DNA of 55,679 nt, filler included, from Jimgerdemannia flammicorona (taxonomy: Eukaryota): NCBI GenBank assembly GCA_003990765.1. It is 2 parts of 2 records of this genome, joined end to end, with 100 filler letters (N's around TTAATTAATTAA, not from the genome) between each part and the next. Parts side by side here need not be neighbours in the genome. Positions count along the whole stretch, not along the records: positions 1 to 27,796 come from RBNJ01000602.1; positions 27,897 to 55,679 come from RBNJ01000603.1. One strand, written 5' to 3'. Within the stretch, counting starts at the first letter, position 1, and each line of letters begins with the position of its first letter. Below the pieces are notes generated by a model. The model searched no databases. It was not told where the DNA came from and was given only the letters and a program-made list of their open reading frames with translations. Shown in pieces: positions 24,601-38,300 of this stretch. The position numbers and the translations under genes were made by a program.

Positions 24601-25200
24601 ACTCTTAAGTAAATCTACTCCCTGTTAGGTCCCACTTCTAACCATATCACAAAATTTCCTAATTGGGTATTATCTGTAGCAATATGCTAATTCAACTAAG
24701 CTGGTCTTAGTTTCTTGAAATTTCTGAAATACAAAAAATCCTGAACATCTAGAACTAGTCTAAAAAAGAACTTTAGTTGAGATGTTAACCTGATGGTGAG
24801 AGGATCTGCAAGATAGATTGATAGAAGGGTTGGGAGGGAATGACTTACTTTAGGATAGATGCTAGCTATATGGGTAGAGCTAGTAGAATACTGACTATAT
24901 GTGTTTGAAGATGAGAGATATCTGGACTTAGAGGTATGACTGTTGTAGTGGGAAAGATTGATGGAAGATACTCTGATGGGCTGGTGGTATGAGTAGAGAC
25001 TACAAGATGGTTGGTAGTATTGTTTAGTAGAGAAGATATACAGATAGAGTAGGAGAAAGATTGGAATTGTAGAAGATAGAGTAATTTTCAAGCATAAAGG
25101 GGTAGAGGGGAGAGGGGGTTTCCCTATGGAGATTTAGTAGTGGGAGGAGATAATGTAAATTTATGTATAGACTAATAATAAATAGCAAAGTCTGAGTGAC

Positions 25201-25242
<42 letters not shown>

Positions 25243-27577
25243 ATATCAATCTGATCTTGAATCAATAAACATAGAGAATATACTCCATATGAAATTGATC
25301 TTGACCTAAAGAAAACAGTCTTTCAGAATATCCAGAACTTCCAGAAAACCCTTTCAAAACTATATAACAGTTACTCTAACAAGTAACCCTCTTACAAATC
25401 TTCTAATGATAGAAAATGAATCTTGATAAAATGAAAAGCCACTATTAGTATCAAATAAAATATCAAGTATCAAAAGTAATAACAACTTCTAAAGAAAGTC
25501 AAATAGACTAATAAATTTAATAAAATACTTTAACAAATTGATATCACTCTTAGAGAAACTCAAGATACAGTTCCTAGACAAAACTCAGAGCTAATAAACT
25601 CAACCAGAATATACTCTGAATTATATAAATATGCCACCAATGCTATCTCTAAGAATACTATTGTAGAAAATCATCTATTTGATAAAAAATTATAATATGA
25701 TAAACAAATTCAGTATAATAAGACTGAGAAAGGATAAGAAATAGTAATTATCTGACTGGTTAAAAAAGTACTATCTTATCTTACTAAAAAAGAAGAAACT
25801 CAAAAGTAAAATAATATATTCAAAGAAGTATATTATATTTATAACATAACTTCTCATCTAATACTAAATCAGATCTACTACAAGGAGTAAGTAAATAGAA
25901 TTTAACTCAAATATAAAAAGATGAGATATATTTACTATATGAAATATATCTGTAATGAATCTGCAAACTATATTATAAATACTACTATACTATGAATACT
26001 ATGAATAATAAATACCATAAATACTATATATAAAAATCTCAATTTATATCAATAAAGATTTAGTTTTAATAATCATAAACTCTTATATATATTATATATA
26101 TATATATAATTCATTATTGAATATATACTCCTAATACTACCATACACTTCTTAAATAAAAACTAGTCACAATTGCAAGTAATGCCAAGTTTATATGATTG
26201 TATTTTTGGTCTATATATTTAGCTATTTAGTTCAACTATATGTTTAAATAAAATATATTTAAATAAGTTTCTTCTATAATATGTGATCTATATACTTATT
26301 TACTAAATATAAATAGAAAGAATATATATTCAATTTACCCACTAAGTTCTTTCTTACTAAATCATATTTCTTAAATAAGGATTACATATATACTATATGA
26401 AAAATTGCATCTATAGATATAATATTGAACTACTCAGCCTATATAGCAATAGCCATTCCTATCTCATAATTATGAGAGACTATGTTTTTAGTACTAGGAT
26501 CATCAATATCTACTATATTATACTACTTCAAGTATACAAGTTAATAGACTTAGTGATTTTGCTTAATTTTGAAAAAAAGATGAACTTGAGCAAAAATATA
26601 TTTATCTATATCTTATCTTATCTTAAACTGCTTATCTGTAAGATCATATAATACTATCTAGTCATATTGTAGACTCCTGTAGAACTGTTACTTGTAGTGA
26701 ACAAGTTGGTAAAATATAGTCAAACCTAATTTTATATCTATAAATAAGTCATGAACTCTAATTGATAAAGTGGTAAAGATATTAATCTATAGAGATCAAG
26801 AAGAGATATATATTAGAAATATTACAAAAAAAGTTTATAGACTAGTTTAGTATAAATAACTTACTGTTGAATTTAAAAGTTTAGAAAGATTCTTTCTATT
26901 CACTTAATAATTATATCTATTTCTAGATACAAACTAAAGATTATGGAAAAATATCTGGGTAGTAAGTTTGAGATTATATAGTCTAAACAATTTTGAAACT
27001 TCATTAATATAGAGTGTATCTTTAGAGATACTAGTACTCAGGTATCAGTATTTCTCAGTTATTGGTGAGCTTGAAGTGTTCATAAACTTACTGATTATAT
27101 ATGATCAAGCTTATCCTTAAGTGCTATTTGGTACTTTACAAACTTGAAAACTTAGAGAAGAGAATTATATTTGTTTATTTGTCAATATAGTATCTTAACT
27201 TCTACATAATGTTGATATTCAGTTATCTCTGTATCAGCATTATCTGATATACCAAATATTTGAGTTGACTCAGAAATATGCTATAGAGAGTAGAGTTTTT
27301 CAAAGTTTAGTAAACTTAGTAAAATCTCTATAAACTATTCTTTTAGTTTATTAAATTGAAATAATAGTATATCTTGATCTATAAGTATTTTTTCAGTCTA
27401 GACTAATGATAAGATATAGAAGTATCACTCAATGAATATTGTGAGATATTTGACAATACTAAGTAATTTGAAAATCTCTCTAATATATAGGAGAAATATT
27501 TTTTAAAAAAAAAAATTTAGTTAAAGAGTTTATAAATAGTTTATAAACTTACTATAATATATATAATACTTATATAT

Positions 27578-27796
27578 TGTAACATAGCAGACGCTTACTC
27601 TTGAAAGTACGTCGGATTTCTGTATCTTGAAAACTTGACTGTTCTGACTCTCGCAGAGTCTTCTTGAAGTTGCAGGGAAGGGTGGGTGAGTTCGAAGTGT
27701 ATCTGCCCGCAGGCTTACTAGTTCCTTTGCTATCTCTTTGCTTTGAACTATTTCGATCTGAGGTTTATTCACTCGAAGATACTGGGTTATTTATAC
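27578..27796 (-). mobile_element. 3' part of an LTR of the dUTPase-gypsy family, cut by the assembly gap
   Basis: Reverse complement of the last ~219 nt of the LTR; terminal TGTAAC flanked by TATATAT. Confidence 0.95.
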
Positions 27797-27896
27797 NNNN
27801 NNNNNNNNNNNNNNNNNNNNNNNNNNNNNNNNNNNNNNNNTTAATTAATTAANNNNNNNNNNNNNNNNNNNNNNNNNNNNNNNNNNNNNNNNNNNN
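27797..27896. other. Assembly gap with artificial TTAATTAATTAA spacer
   Basis: 44 N + TTAATTAATTAA + 44 N. Confidence 0.95.
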
Positions 27897-30800
27897 ACCA
27901 TCTCTCCTATACACTACCTCCAAACAATCCCCAACAGCCCACCAAAAGTCACTAAGTACCTCACACTCTCCTAGCCAATATTCAGGTATCTGTACATATC
28001 CCTCTTCCTGCTCTACATTGTGGCACTCCTTACAGTTGAAGCAACTCCCCTTGATAAGGTGATCTAAGCAGAAGTTGAGCATTACATTCCTTCTCAGTAT
28101 GTGTGACCAGACCACCAGTACTTTAGCAGTATCCACCTCTGCACCTCAGTACTCTAGACCCAAATACTATGCCAGTTCCACTCTTCTCTAATACCCACTT
28201 CCTGCTATCTACTAGGCCACAGATCCTGGTCTGGTTCTCTTTGGCATTCTATCTCATCATTAATGTTGAACTCAATTAAGAAAACACCTCCTAGTAACAC
28301 TCAGTCTCATCTCTACATCACTGGATCCCAAGCTACCTCCTCTTCAATTTCCTGCCAATGAATTCCAATGCAGTGCACCCCCTCTACTACCCTCCACCAG
28401 AAGCCTTTGTATCACAATTGTTCAGTGTTTTGAAGTCCAACCAATGATAGGAGATCTCTTGTTGAGCCTCTTGATAAGGACCTTATCTCTCAAACCTTCT
28501 GCAATAGGGGGACTCAACTGCCCCCTCTCAACTCCACTGCTCTCTTTAACCACCATACTCTCAAGCAGTATAGCCTCTTCAGAAAGTCAACCAGCCCAAG
28601 TCCTTCTCTTGCCACTGGTAAGGATAAGACCTCCCAACTGATCTAATTCCTTCTTCCAGCCTAGATCCACCTCTTGGCCAGCTTTATCAATCTCTTCACC
28701 ACCCAGGCTGGGAAGTTCAGATGATAAGCCAGATACCATAACTTTGGTAGCCAATAGATGTTCAAAATTGAGACATGCCCCATCAGAGATAAGTGGTGAC
28801 CCCCCTAACTCTGCAGGGCCTCCCCCCAGATACCAACCCTCTGCTTCCACCAAAGTCTGGATAGTACTGACCCATATACTGACAAATAAATACCCAAGTA
28901 CTGCACTACCTCACCAATAGGGACAATTGTTCCAATAACATCCCCTCTCACCAGGCTATTGCCTAATACCATTATTTCACACTTTTGCCAATTGAGTTTA
29001 GCCCCAGAGTTCTCCTCATATCACTCTACTGTCTCCTTAAGCTCCTCAATATCAGCAACCAATCCCAGGCCAACCACCATATTATCTACAAAGGCCCCAA
29101 CTTTCCACCCAATTCTAAAGATAGAGAGCCTGACTATCTTCCACCTGATTCTATCTATTAGGAGTTCTAGGAAAAGAGCATATAGAATGGAAGATAGTAG
29201 GTCCCCCTGGGGCACACCCCTACCCAGGGGAAATAATACCCCTCTATGTCCATTATATATGAGTGCAGCCCTACTTCCTTCCAGTAGGCTGATCATTGCT
29301 GACCAGAACTGGTGCAGTACCTCAGTCTTATCTAATACTTTCACCAGCCAGACTTGCCACACTCAGTCATAAGCCTTTTCCTGGTCCAAAAAGACCAGTT
29401 GTCCATCCAGTCCACAAGCTTGTGTCTCTTCAATAATGCCATATATGTACCTAGGCTATGCTATCTCTAATGAGCTGGCCTCCTACAAATCCCCTCTGCT
29501 CAATACCCAAAACTTGCTGGGCCACCTTCTGTAGCCTTGTGACCACTATCTTAGTCACTAACTTTCTGTCCATGTCTAGTAGCATAATCAGCTGCCAGTT
29601 CTTCCAGTCCTCTCACCTTCCTTTATTCTTGTAAAGTAATACCACTAGCCCCAGATCCTGCTCCCCCACCCATCTTCCTATCTATAGTATAAAATCACAC
29701 AATGCTATCATCTCACCCAATACTTCTGGGACTTCTATCATCTTCTTCCAGAAGTCCCAGAGTAGACCATCCTCTCCAGGTACCATATCTGGCATTGTCA
29801 CAGCAAAAATCTGGAGGATCTCTTCCTCTTGTACTGGTAACATCAAGTCATCCAGCCCATCTACTTGTAGAGGGTACCAATCCTCTAATGCCTAGTTAAT
29901 GACAGCAGCATCAGCCCTACCCTCCTCCTTACTCCATAATCTACTCCATTGCTCCTTTAATAATCCAAGAATATCTTGTATACCATGTATCAGTATATCA
30001 TCAGAGTCAATACTCCCTCTCATCTTTACTATACTCTTCTCACCTAAAGGGCCCTCATGAGGTACTTTGAGGGCCTCTCTCCTTCCTCCAAACCCTACCA
30101 ATGAAGCCATGCCACCAAGCTCTACACCCTTGTCTCTTTCTCTTCCTGCAACACCTATTGTAATTCTCCAACCTCTATTTTTGCCCTCATTAATCTCCAA
30201 TCCTCTTCCCCCTCTAATATCACTAGCCCTGCCCAATCTTCCAAGAGTCTAGCCAGTCTAACAGAAGCCCATCTCACCTATCACCTCCTCTGCTTCTCAG
30301 CCTCCTTGCCAGCCTCACTCTAGTAGACCCTGATCATCTCTTTCATCCTCATCTACTGAACACTAACTGGGGTACCTTTCTGCCTCCAGATCTCTACCCT
30401 CAGTTGAATGTCTTCAGCCCACTCATCTCATCAGATCCAATCATCTAATAAAGAGGAATTGAGATGCCAATATCCAGGCCCATCCCCACTCCCTCCAAAA
30501 TGCCCCTGTCCTAACAGCCTCCAATAATCTGACCATAGATACCATTCCACCTCTAGCAACTTCCAAACATCCAAACCCCAGTAGCTAGCTATCAAAATCC
30601 AGTCAATTCTCATCCCCAGGCCCTCTGCCTAATGTGTGTATATTCTCCTATCTCTCCAACACTCCCTACCAGCATTTACCAGAGCACTTAGCCTTTTCAC
30701 TTCCTCTTATACCACCAGTCCTCTACTCCTACTCTCAGCTCTCTATCCTTCATCTGTTCTATTCATTAGTATATCTCAGACCATATTGAAGTCTCCACCA

Positions 30801-33334
30801 AGCATATCCACCCCAGTCTCTATAAGGATCCCACTCTCCTGGAGATTCTTCACCCAGTCTACATACTCATCCTGTACAGCAGAGCAGTAACAAGAGCCTA
30901 CTGTGACTAGCTCCCAACCTGTATGTATCCACTCTCCTCAGACCAATCTATCTCTCTAGCTCCTCATATCCTATATCTCCCCTCTGCCTTTCTGGACCAG
31001 AATCCCAATCTTGCCCTTCTAAACTGCCTCATCTCCCCATTCTTTCATCCATTCTAGCCTATCTAAATCATCCTCACATCTGATATCCTACAAGAGAAAG
31101 AGATCAGCCTCCAATCTCTTCAGCCAAGTAAAAATGTTCCTATATTGAGAAGTGCCCTGTAATCCATTCATATTCAAAGAAAAAATGTTGGTTGTACTAT
31201 TCATAATGAAATATAGTATATTATCAAGTTTATCCCTACTGCTCTATATTCATCTCTTCCTGCACTATGTCTGCAGTCACCTCCTCCTCTTCAGCCCTCT
31301 GAGCCTCCAATCCAGCCAATAGCTCATTCATCTCTCCATCTGCCTTCTCCTCAAACTCCTTCTGGTACTCTAGGCAGGCCTCCTGCTAGAGCTGCAATCT
31401 ATGATGCTTGGTTCAGTAGTATTTAGCCCTCTCACCAGTGACATCTGCCAGCTCTGTCTCCCACTCCTTATTCACCTCATACCCTTTCTCCTCTAGATAT
31501 ATTATAAGGATTTCCACCTTCAATGCTATCACCACTCTATCCTCTTGTAAGATCTATACCCAATGCTCATTGCTCATTACTCTCAGATCCACCTCCTCTA
31601 ACTCTTCAGCTGCCAGATTATTCATCATCCTATATATCCAAAGTAGGTTCCCCACCTCCTTCTCTTCAGAAGTTACTGGCCTCTCTCCATCCAGCATCAT
31701 GATATTAGCCCTGGTACTTGCAGACTCATTCTACACCTCTGGGACATCCACCAGTTCCTCCTCTCCAACTGCCACTACTTGTTCTCTATTTGCTATCTCT
31801 GAAACTCCAAATTGTACTCACTGGGTCTCCCACATTGATATATTCTCTACTACCCTGCTTCGGGAAGTCAGACCTCATCTGATAAGAGGAGTAGAGGTAG
31901 GCAAGTCCTCCCAGGCCTCCTCCCAGACCTCAAATGTACCATCAGTATATGAGTTATTACTAGTCACCTCCCTGTCCTCTCCTGTCTCCTTTCCTGCACT
32001 CCTGCTACCCTCACTGGTCCAGACACTTGCTTTGGCCCCCCCATCTTCACCATTCTACCTGCATCCTTCTGTGATCTACCTTCCAGCTTAACCAGCAGCT
32101 CCTTCTGTCTCTTATGTCTCTGAGCTCTTTCCCACTACCCCTTATCTACTCGAATCCACCTCCCATCCACCACCTCTAAGTGTATCAACTCTACAAAAGT
32201 CTTCCAAGCCTTCATCTACTGCTCTATAGTACTACTTAGCTCTTTCAGTGCTTCCAATAAGTCCTCTTCCTCCTCCTCACTCCCCTTTACTCTCATTACC
32301 TTATATAAGATCACTCTCTAGACCATTCCTGAAGGCCAGTCCCTTGTCTTCCTAGTAGCTTTCTTCTCTGCTAGCTGAATTCTCACATCAACATTCCCAG
32401 TTCTAAGCAAGGTCTCTTCCCAGATTCTGAATCTGATATCTACCACCTCTTCATACTCTGCCATAACCTCCTCGACTCTTCTTCTTATCTCTACTGCTAT
32501 CACTATAAGCACTCCTTTTACCAGCAGTTGTATTACCCTGAGATCTCATCTTAGACAATGTATCATTAGAACACATATCTCCCCAACAGTCAATCCAACC
32601 TTCAGTACCTTCTCCAAAGGCCTAGCCTCCTCAAAGTCTACCTCTACTCTCTCCAATCCCTTCAGAAACTTTACTAATACTGTCTCAGTCACCTGCTTAG
32701 CAATATGCCCTAGCACTATTTTTGCCATCACTACAAGGCCCTAGAAGTACAATATAACTATGAATGCTGAGATTGATTTTTTGAGTAACAGGACCACCAC
32801 CAGACCTATCACACCATCTGCCAAACCCCTCTACCTTCCAAGCCCCAGTCACTCAACTATGCTATCAGCAGCCACATCTGGATTTTTTTCCAGATTGGCA
32901 GTTCCATCACTATCAGCCATTATACTCACCCCAGCTACTATACCCCCAGCTCCACTGCCTCTACTGCCAAGGGCTACTCTCCCATATACTACTATCTTTT
33001 CCATCTCCTTACCTTTCCTCAGCCATCTCTCTAGCCCAGATAACCTGCTATCTTCTCTTCACCATTTCTGCAAAGCTCATCCTCCCAGACTCCTGTCCTC
33101 TACCACTATCTCCTCCCCTTCCATGTCCTCTCACCAGCAGTCCCCTCATATCCCCCCCCAGTCTAGAGCCTCTCCCTACATACTGCCAGTCAAATGTGCT
33201 TGAGCTATCCTACCTAGTATACATCTCAGATTACCTATCAGTTACCATGTTGCTAGTCTCTTTTCTCCAAAAACAATGTTGTAAGTACTTTCTAAAGATT
33301 GTATAATCCAAATGGTACCAGAGAAAGGTATCTG
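27897..33334 (-). mobile_element. Second, more eroded copy of the L1/Tx1-like LINE (3' end lost in gap)
   Basis: Colinear with 2600-8070: GVPQGD, AFVDN, RIDWILIA, SDY, ORF1 segments; the 5' end abuts X sequence. Confidence 0.92.
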
Positions 33335-34410
33335 TAAGCTTACTATTATCTAGTAGTTTTACTATATTAGATATAATAGGATCTAATATAGCCTATACCT
33401 CATTCTACATATATATCATACTCTCTCTATTATTAGAGAGAATCCAATTATATATATGTCTATGACCAGAAACATATACTTACAACTCTAATATATATAT
33501 ATATATAAGATTATATTAGAGCCAAATAGCTAAAAGTCTCTACTACTTTAAATAGAGCAATAGGTATAAAAAAAAACCCCCCTCTCTTAAGATATAGAGT
33601 AGTAAGTAGAACCTAGTTCTCTCTGATGAAGTAAGTAAAGAACTTATATATAAAACAGGAGGAGACTCTTAATACCTTACTATTAAAGTCTATAGATCTT
33701 AATTATATTATTATATTAGCTTCTAGTTTCAGTTAAGTATAGTCTAGATATCTGACCTAAGTAGTCTTGAACTTCTCAATAACCTCAAATAACTAGAGTT
33801 TAATCTTATAGATTACTAAGAGTTGCTAAGAGTAATATCTATTATCTAATTACTCTATATCAATTAGAAGACCCTACTGATATAGTATTTATAAACCCTA
33901 ATAGTCATTATTAGTCTAGTATCTGACTGGTTTATCATAATCACCCTTTTACTTATTTATAATAGATATCTCTCCTTCTATTCTAATATATACTATCTGA
34001 AAAGCAATCATCTACACTAGAACTATACTTACCAGAAAGCTTACTAAAGCTTAGAGGGCCCTACTATAAGTATTAATAACCTATAGATAACCTATACTGA
34101 TACTTAATACTCAAGGTCAACTGACTCTCTATACAGCCTGTAATATCAAAATGATACCTCATTGATAATAGTAAAAGAAAGAAAGTATTATATCAAAATA
34201 AGTATACTCTAGATATAACTAGAGATATAAGAAATTATGAAAAAGTAGAGAAAGCACTGATCTAATACTGATAAAAGAGTAACTCATCACTATTGCCTTT
34301 CTCTCACTATCTTATAATGACTACAGCAAACTACACCAAGATAGAGAAAGTTATAAATTAGAGAAAGAGGACTCAGCCAGTTGTCTATCAGATCTTATAA
34401 CTGATATACA
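33335..34410 (-). mobile_element. Element X, eroded copy interrupted by the second LINE
   Basis: Colinear with 16430-17480. Confidence 0.85.
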
Positions 34411-34679
34411 TAGTAATAGAGGTCTATAGTTATAAGATAACTTATAAGAAATATATAAAGTTATAACTTAGCTACTATATAGCTAATAAATTTATATAAA
34501 TAATCTCAATATCTAGAGTAAATAAATCTTAGATTGAAATAGTTCAAAAGTAAAGTAGTCTGTAGGCAGATATATCTTTTGAACTTATTTTACTATCTAT
34601 AACTAACTCTGAGGAGTTAAGAAGATCAAGAATTCAAGATAAATGACATACTTTCCAAGTTAAGTATCTGCTACATTAC

Positions 34680-34870
34680 AATAGATATAATATATATATA
34701 TGTACCTTGATTTCTAGTAGTCATCAGATATATTTCACTTTTAATTATCTTGATATTTATATGAATATGTTCTAAATATTTCTGAAATATTTTTTTCTGA
34801 GATGAGTTCCGGATTGGATCTTAGATTGGGTTTTGGGTCAGGTTCAAAGATGTGTTGGGTTCAAAGATAG
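34680..34870 (+). mobile_element. Fragment resembling the hAT element end region
   Basis: Similar to the reverse complement of 9600-9790, including GGGTC/GGTTCA repeats. Confidence 0.55.
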
Positions 34871-35418
34871 CGGGACAATGGGGTCCGGTACGATGGTGAT
34901 GATGCGTAGCGGAAGGGAGGTTCCTTTGGTTTGGGCTAGCACAGCGGAAGTAGGGAAAGTAGCGAAAGTTTCCATGGCTGAGGCCCTTTCGGTTTGTGTA
35001 GGCGTGCGAATATGCATTGGCTGGTCAGATATGTGCCCCATGCGTATTCCCAGTGGATGATATCGAGGTCGTGGTCACCGTTGAGGTCGAGCAGGATCCG
35101 ACCCTTTGATTGAAGTGGCAATATAATCTGCAACAAAAACTGGACTCGTTGAAGGTTGAAGGAATGGCTTTCAACGAGCTGAGCCAGGTGAACATCGGCG
35201 GCGGAAACCTTAACACGGACTCTGGGGTTGTCACTGCTGGTATCCTTTGACAAGGATATTAGCATGTATGTGATGAGTATGTAGGTGTAGGTGTGTTTTC
35301 CTCGCCGTAGTAAAACTGAGGCACACAGAACCTTATATCCTAAGAGAATTGACTGCCTGCTCTGAACTTCGTTGCTATGACGTAGGACATACTGTTGGTC
35401 GAACACATTGTAAACCAT
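34870..35418 (-). pseudogene. Possible orphan gene or pseudogene fragment
   Basis: 160-aa ORF 34936-35418 with a plausible internal GT-AG intron (..LGYK|gt..ag|DTSSDNP..); truncated at the TE boundary; no motif recognised. Confidence 0.3.
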
Positions 35419-36140
35419 TTTAATGATTAATTAAATTGGCTTGTTTCCATTTGCTTCGTTATCGCCTCGTTCACAGGTCATGCGTGACTAACCACTCGGT
35501 TTTCCAGCATAACAGCGCTCGCCTTCTTTCCAAGAAAATAACATATCTGAGTAAAGCTTTTATCAAATCGTGCAATGACCAGGGGATCAGCGATGCCATC
35601 CCATTCTGCGCCGTTCAGCCCATCCCTTTCACACATTCAAAACCTTTCACCGGTTAACCAACCCACACAAGCACACGTACACACCACCTCCGTAACACAA
35701 CAGACAAGAGCTGCACAACCGTTGCATGTATATTATATAACAGTTCAAGAACAAAACCAAAAACTAAAACAAACAACTAGAAGCCAGAATGACGTTCGTG
35801 CAATTAATCCAACCTGATGGGTCGCATGTGTGTATTCGCTCGTCTCGGGCGGAGTTGTTGAGCTGTTCGTTGAATCGCGGGAAGTATTCGGCGAACCTAT
35901 CGCGAGGGAAGAGACGAAACGAGACGGGACCTGGAATGTAAGTTTGATACATGCGTCACGCAACAAGAGCCGAACAGGTCAATCTCGCACGTTCGCCAAA
36001 ACACAAACCATACTGATAGTGGTTCGGCGGCCAGGCAAGGACAGCGCTATCCCTTTCATCTCGTATTAATGACTATAAGACTAAACAACCAATTTCCTCT
36101 CCGCCTCTTATAATAAAACTTCTCAAGTCACCTTAAAACC

Positions 36141-36243
36141 TGCCTCAAGATACGACACGGCGTTCAACAGTTCGGTCTCTGTCCTCGCCAGCTCCACCGT
36201 CTTCTCGTATCACTCGATCGCGTTCGGTCCGCCTTGCTATAGA
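36141..36243 (-). pseudogene. Isolated fragment resembling the Tom70 C-terminal TPR
   Basis: Translates L*QGGPNAIE*YEKTVELARTETELLNAVSYLEA, matching the fungal Tom70 end (LQQG...A..(Y/F)E.A.ELARTE.EL.NA.SY.EA). Confidence 0.7.
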
Positions 36244-37099
36244 TTGCCGACGAAGATGCGCACCCAAAAAGCAAAGAGAAAAAAATCCGCGACAATCACC
36301 TCGCCAACCGCCCCGCCACGCGCCCCCACCATCCCTCTCTCTCGCAGTACCCTATCAGCGCGCCCCACGTAACGTACTCTTCAATGCCTCCCTACACAGT
36401 TCCTCCGCCAGAACCATATTCTGCTAAAACTGGAATACAAGCAAGGCCTTATTTATATCCGAAAATACACGTATCATTGCGGCTCTGGGCTCCAGGTCAA
36501 TTTCGAGGTCATGGAGTGTGCAGTACATTGGTCACGAATCCGCCATGCAAAGATGGAAGATAACAACAGCAGACCAAGCATTGTGGACCTCACGACAGCA
36601 TGCGGCCTTCTATCTGGTCACCGGTACGAGCAGTATAGAGAGGCTAGGTAGAACGCGGCAAGTCGCGGCCTTATTTTCATTTTATTTTATAATGGGGCGT
36701 ACTGCAACAAAACCAGACAAAGTGGTATTAGGAAGTGAGGTGAAATCGTCCTGATTACGACGTTAATTTGCCTATGATACTCCTCCACTTTATGATGAAA
36801 AACACCATTTCCGGCATAATATATCGGCCATCCGCGCCTGGAACCCCATCATCAATCAGTTTTCCTCGTCCGCGGCTTCTTGGGGGTGGAGAATTCTATT
36901 ATTTGCGCCGACGCCGGTAGAAAGACGCACGCCTCGCCAAACTGATCCTTCTCCTTCATTTGTGTGAACCAGTCCATGGTCGACTGCAGGATTTTCTACG
37001 AAAAAAAGGAGAGAGGGAGGAAAACGAGGTGAACCTTCAACGAAAAACTAGCACTCTAGTTCCAAATCCTCACGCTTCGTTGAGTATCGACCGCCAACG

Positions 37100-38300
37100 C
37101 CCAGAACCCAATGCCAAACCTTGGCCTGCAATATCGTTCTCGCCATCTTCACGATTCAATTCCGCGAGCCGAACCGAGATATGATATCCAGCGCCGACAT
37201 AGAGATCAAGCAGCACGCGGATAAAGTACCGAGAGGAGATGAATCCCGGTATCATCAGCTTGTCAAAGGCTCGCAACCGGCTTGCTGAGCGCCCTGCCTC
37301 CAGCTTGCATGATGGTATGGACGATGGTGCGGTGCATGTCGCGCAACGTCTTTTGCACTCGCAGCGTGTTGTCCAGTATCTTCTTGCCGTTCTCAATCTT
37401 TGAGCCTGCTCGCTCGCATAGCGAAAGCTCTTGGCCCCACGTCAACTCCCTGCCCAGGTCGTGTCGCTGGCAGAGCAAAAAAAAACCTTCGTCAGTGGTC
37501 AGTCGTCGTCTGCGGGCCAAGATAGAAAGATTACTCACGGTGAAGAGCCTGTCTAAATGGTAACCTTCGGTATCGAGCAAGGCGTCTAAGGCATCCATCT
37601 GGCGGCTTCGCGAGGCCCGAGAGACAATCTCTCCGCTATGTGGTTTGAAAACCCCATCAATCGATGAACGGTGATGAGACAAACATAAAATCCAGCTATT
37701 CAACTTACAAATGCCTGTCCATGATGCCGTCGAGGCAGGAGAATATGTGAAATTTGATGAAGACGTCGATGTCTCGTTCCGAGTTCTCTCGCTGTGGTAT
37801 CTTTTCCTTGATCACATCGAACCTGCAATGAAGAAGGGCGGCCCGCAGTCAGAGATGCGTGTTGAAGGCCAAGAAATCACCAAGCGCTCGACATAAAACA
37901 GAAAAAACGTACGTGAACCGCAGCAGTCCGATCACATAGCAGATGTCATCGTGATTGAAATCTGCTTCCTCGATGCCGTCCGTGATCGCATTCTCATCAT
38001 CGAAGAGACTGGCAGGGGCATCGGCGAACGGATTCCTTTCGTTGTCGTCCTTGAGGCTCAATAATTTTTGCAGCTTCTTGATCGCGCCACATACTTCCCG
38101 ACAAGAATTGTAAGGCTCTCAGTATACTCCACTTGGTATCCTCCATAGCTTCCTAACAAGCATCCGCCACAGGGAATCATACAAGCATCAAATACTTGGC
38201 TCTGCCACTGCGGGTGTAGGAGACACCACGTCCAATATACTAGCGACAAGACGGAGGAGTATACTGCAGTGAGACGTCCGTGGCGGCCGTGCGTCAGAGA
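37100..38300 (-). pseudogene. Crinkler-like PD-(D/E)xK (REase-fold) domain gene, disrupted
   Basis: Spliced reading SERDIDVFIKFHIFSCLDGIMDRH|GEIVSRASR..GYHLDRLFT|RHDLGRELTWGQELSLCERAGSK..KKILDNTLRVQKTLRDM; introns about 37640-37708 and 37469-37540; internal stop at 37849 and a frameshift near 37270. Family assignment is from remembered Mucoromycota/Glomeromycota hypothetical proteins. Confidence 0.6.

Noticed and set aside
27841..27852. Perfect palindrome TTAATTAATTAA
   Set aside because: Centred in 88 Ns with stops in all six frames: an artificial contig spacer. Adjacency across the gap is not trustworthy.
2185..33334. Sequence-specific targeting of X by the LINE (both LINE copies sit in X)
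   Set aside because: The two insertion points are at opposite ends of X with different flanks; X abundance is a sufficient explanation at n=2.
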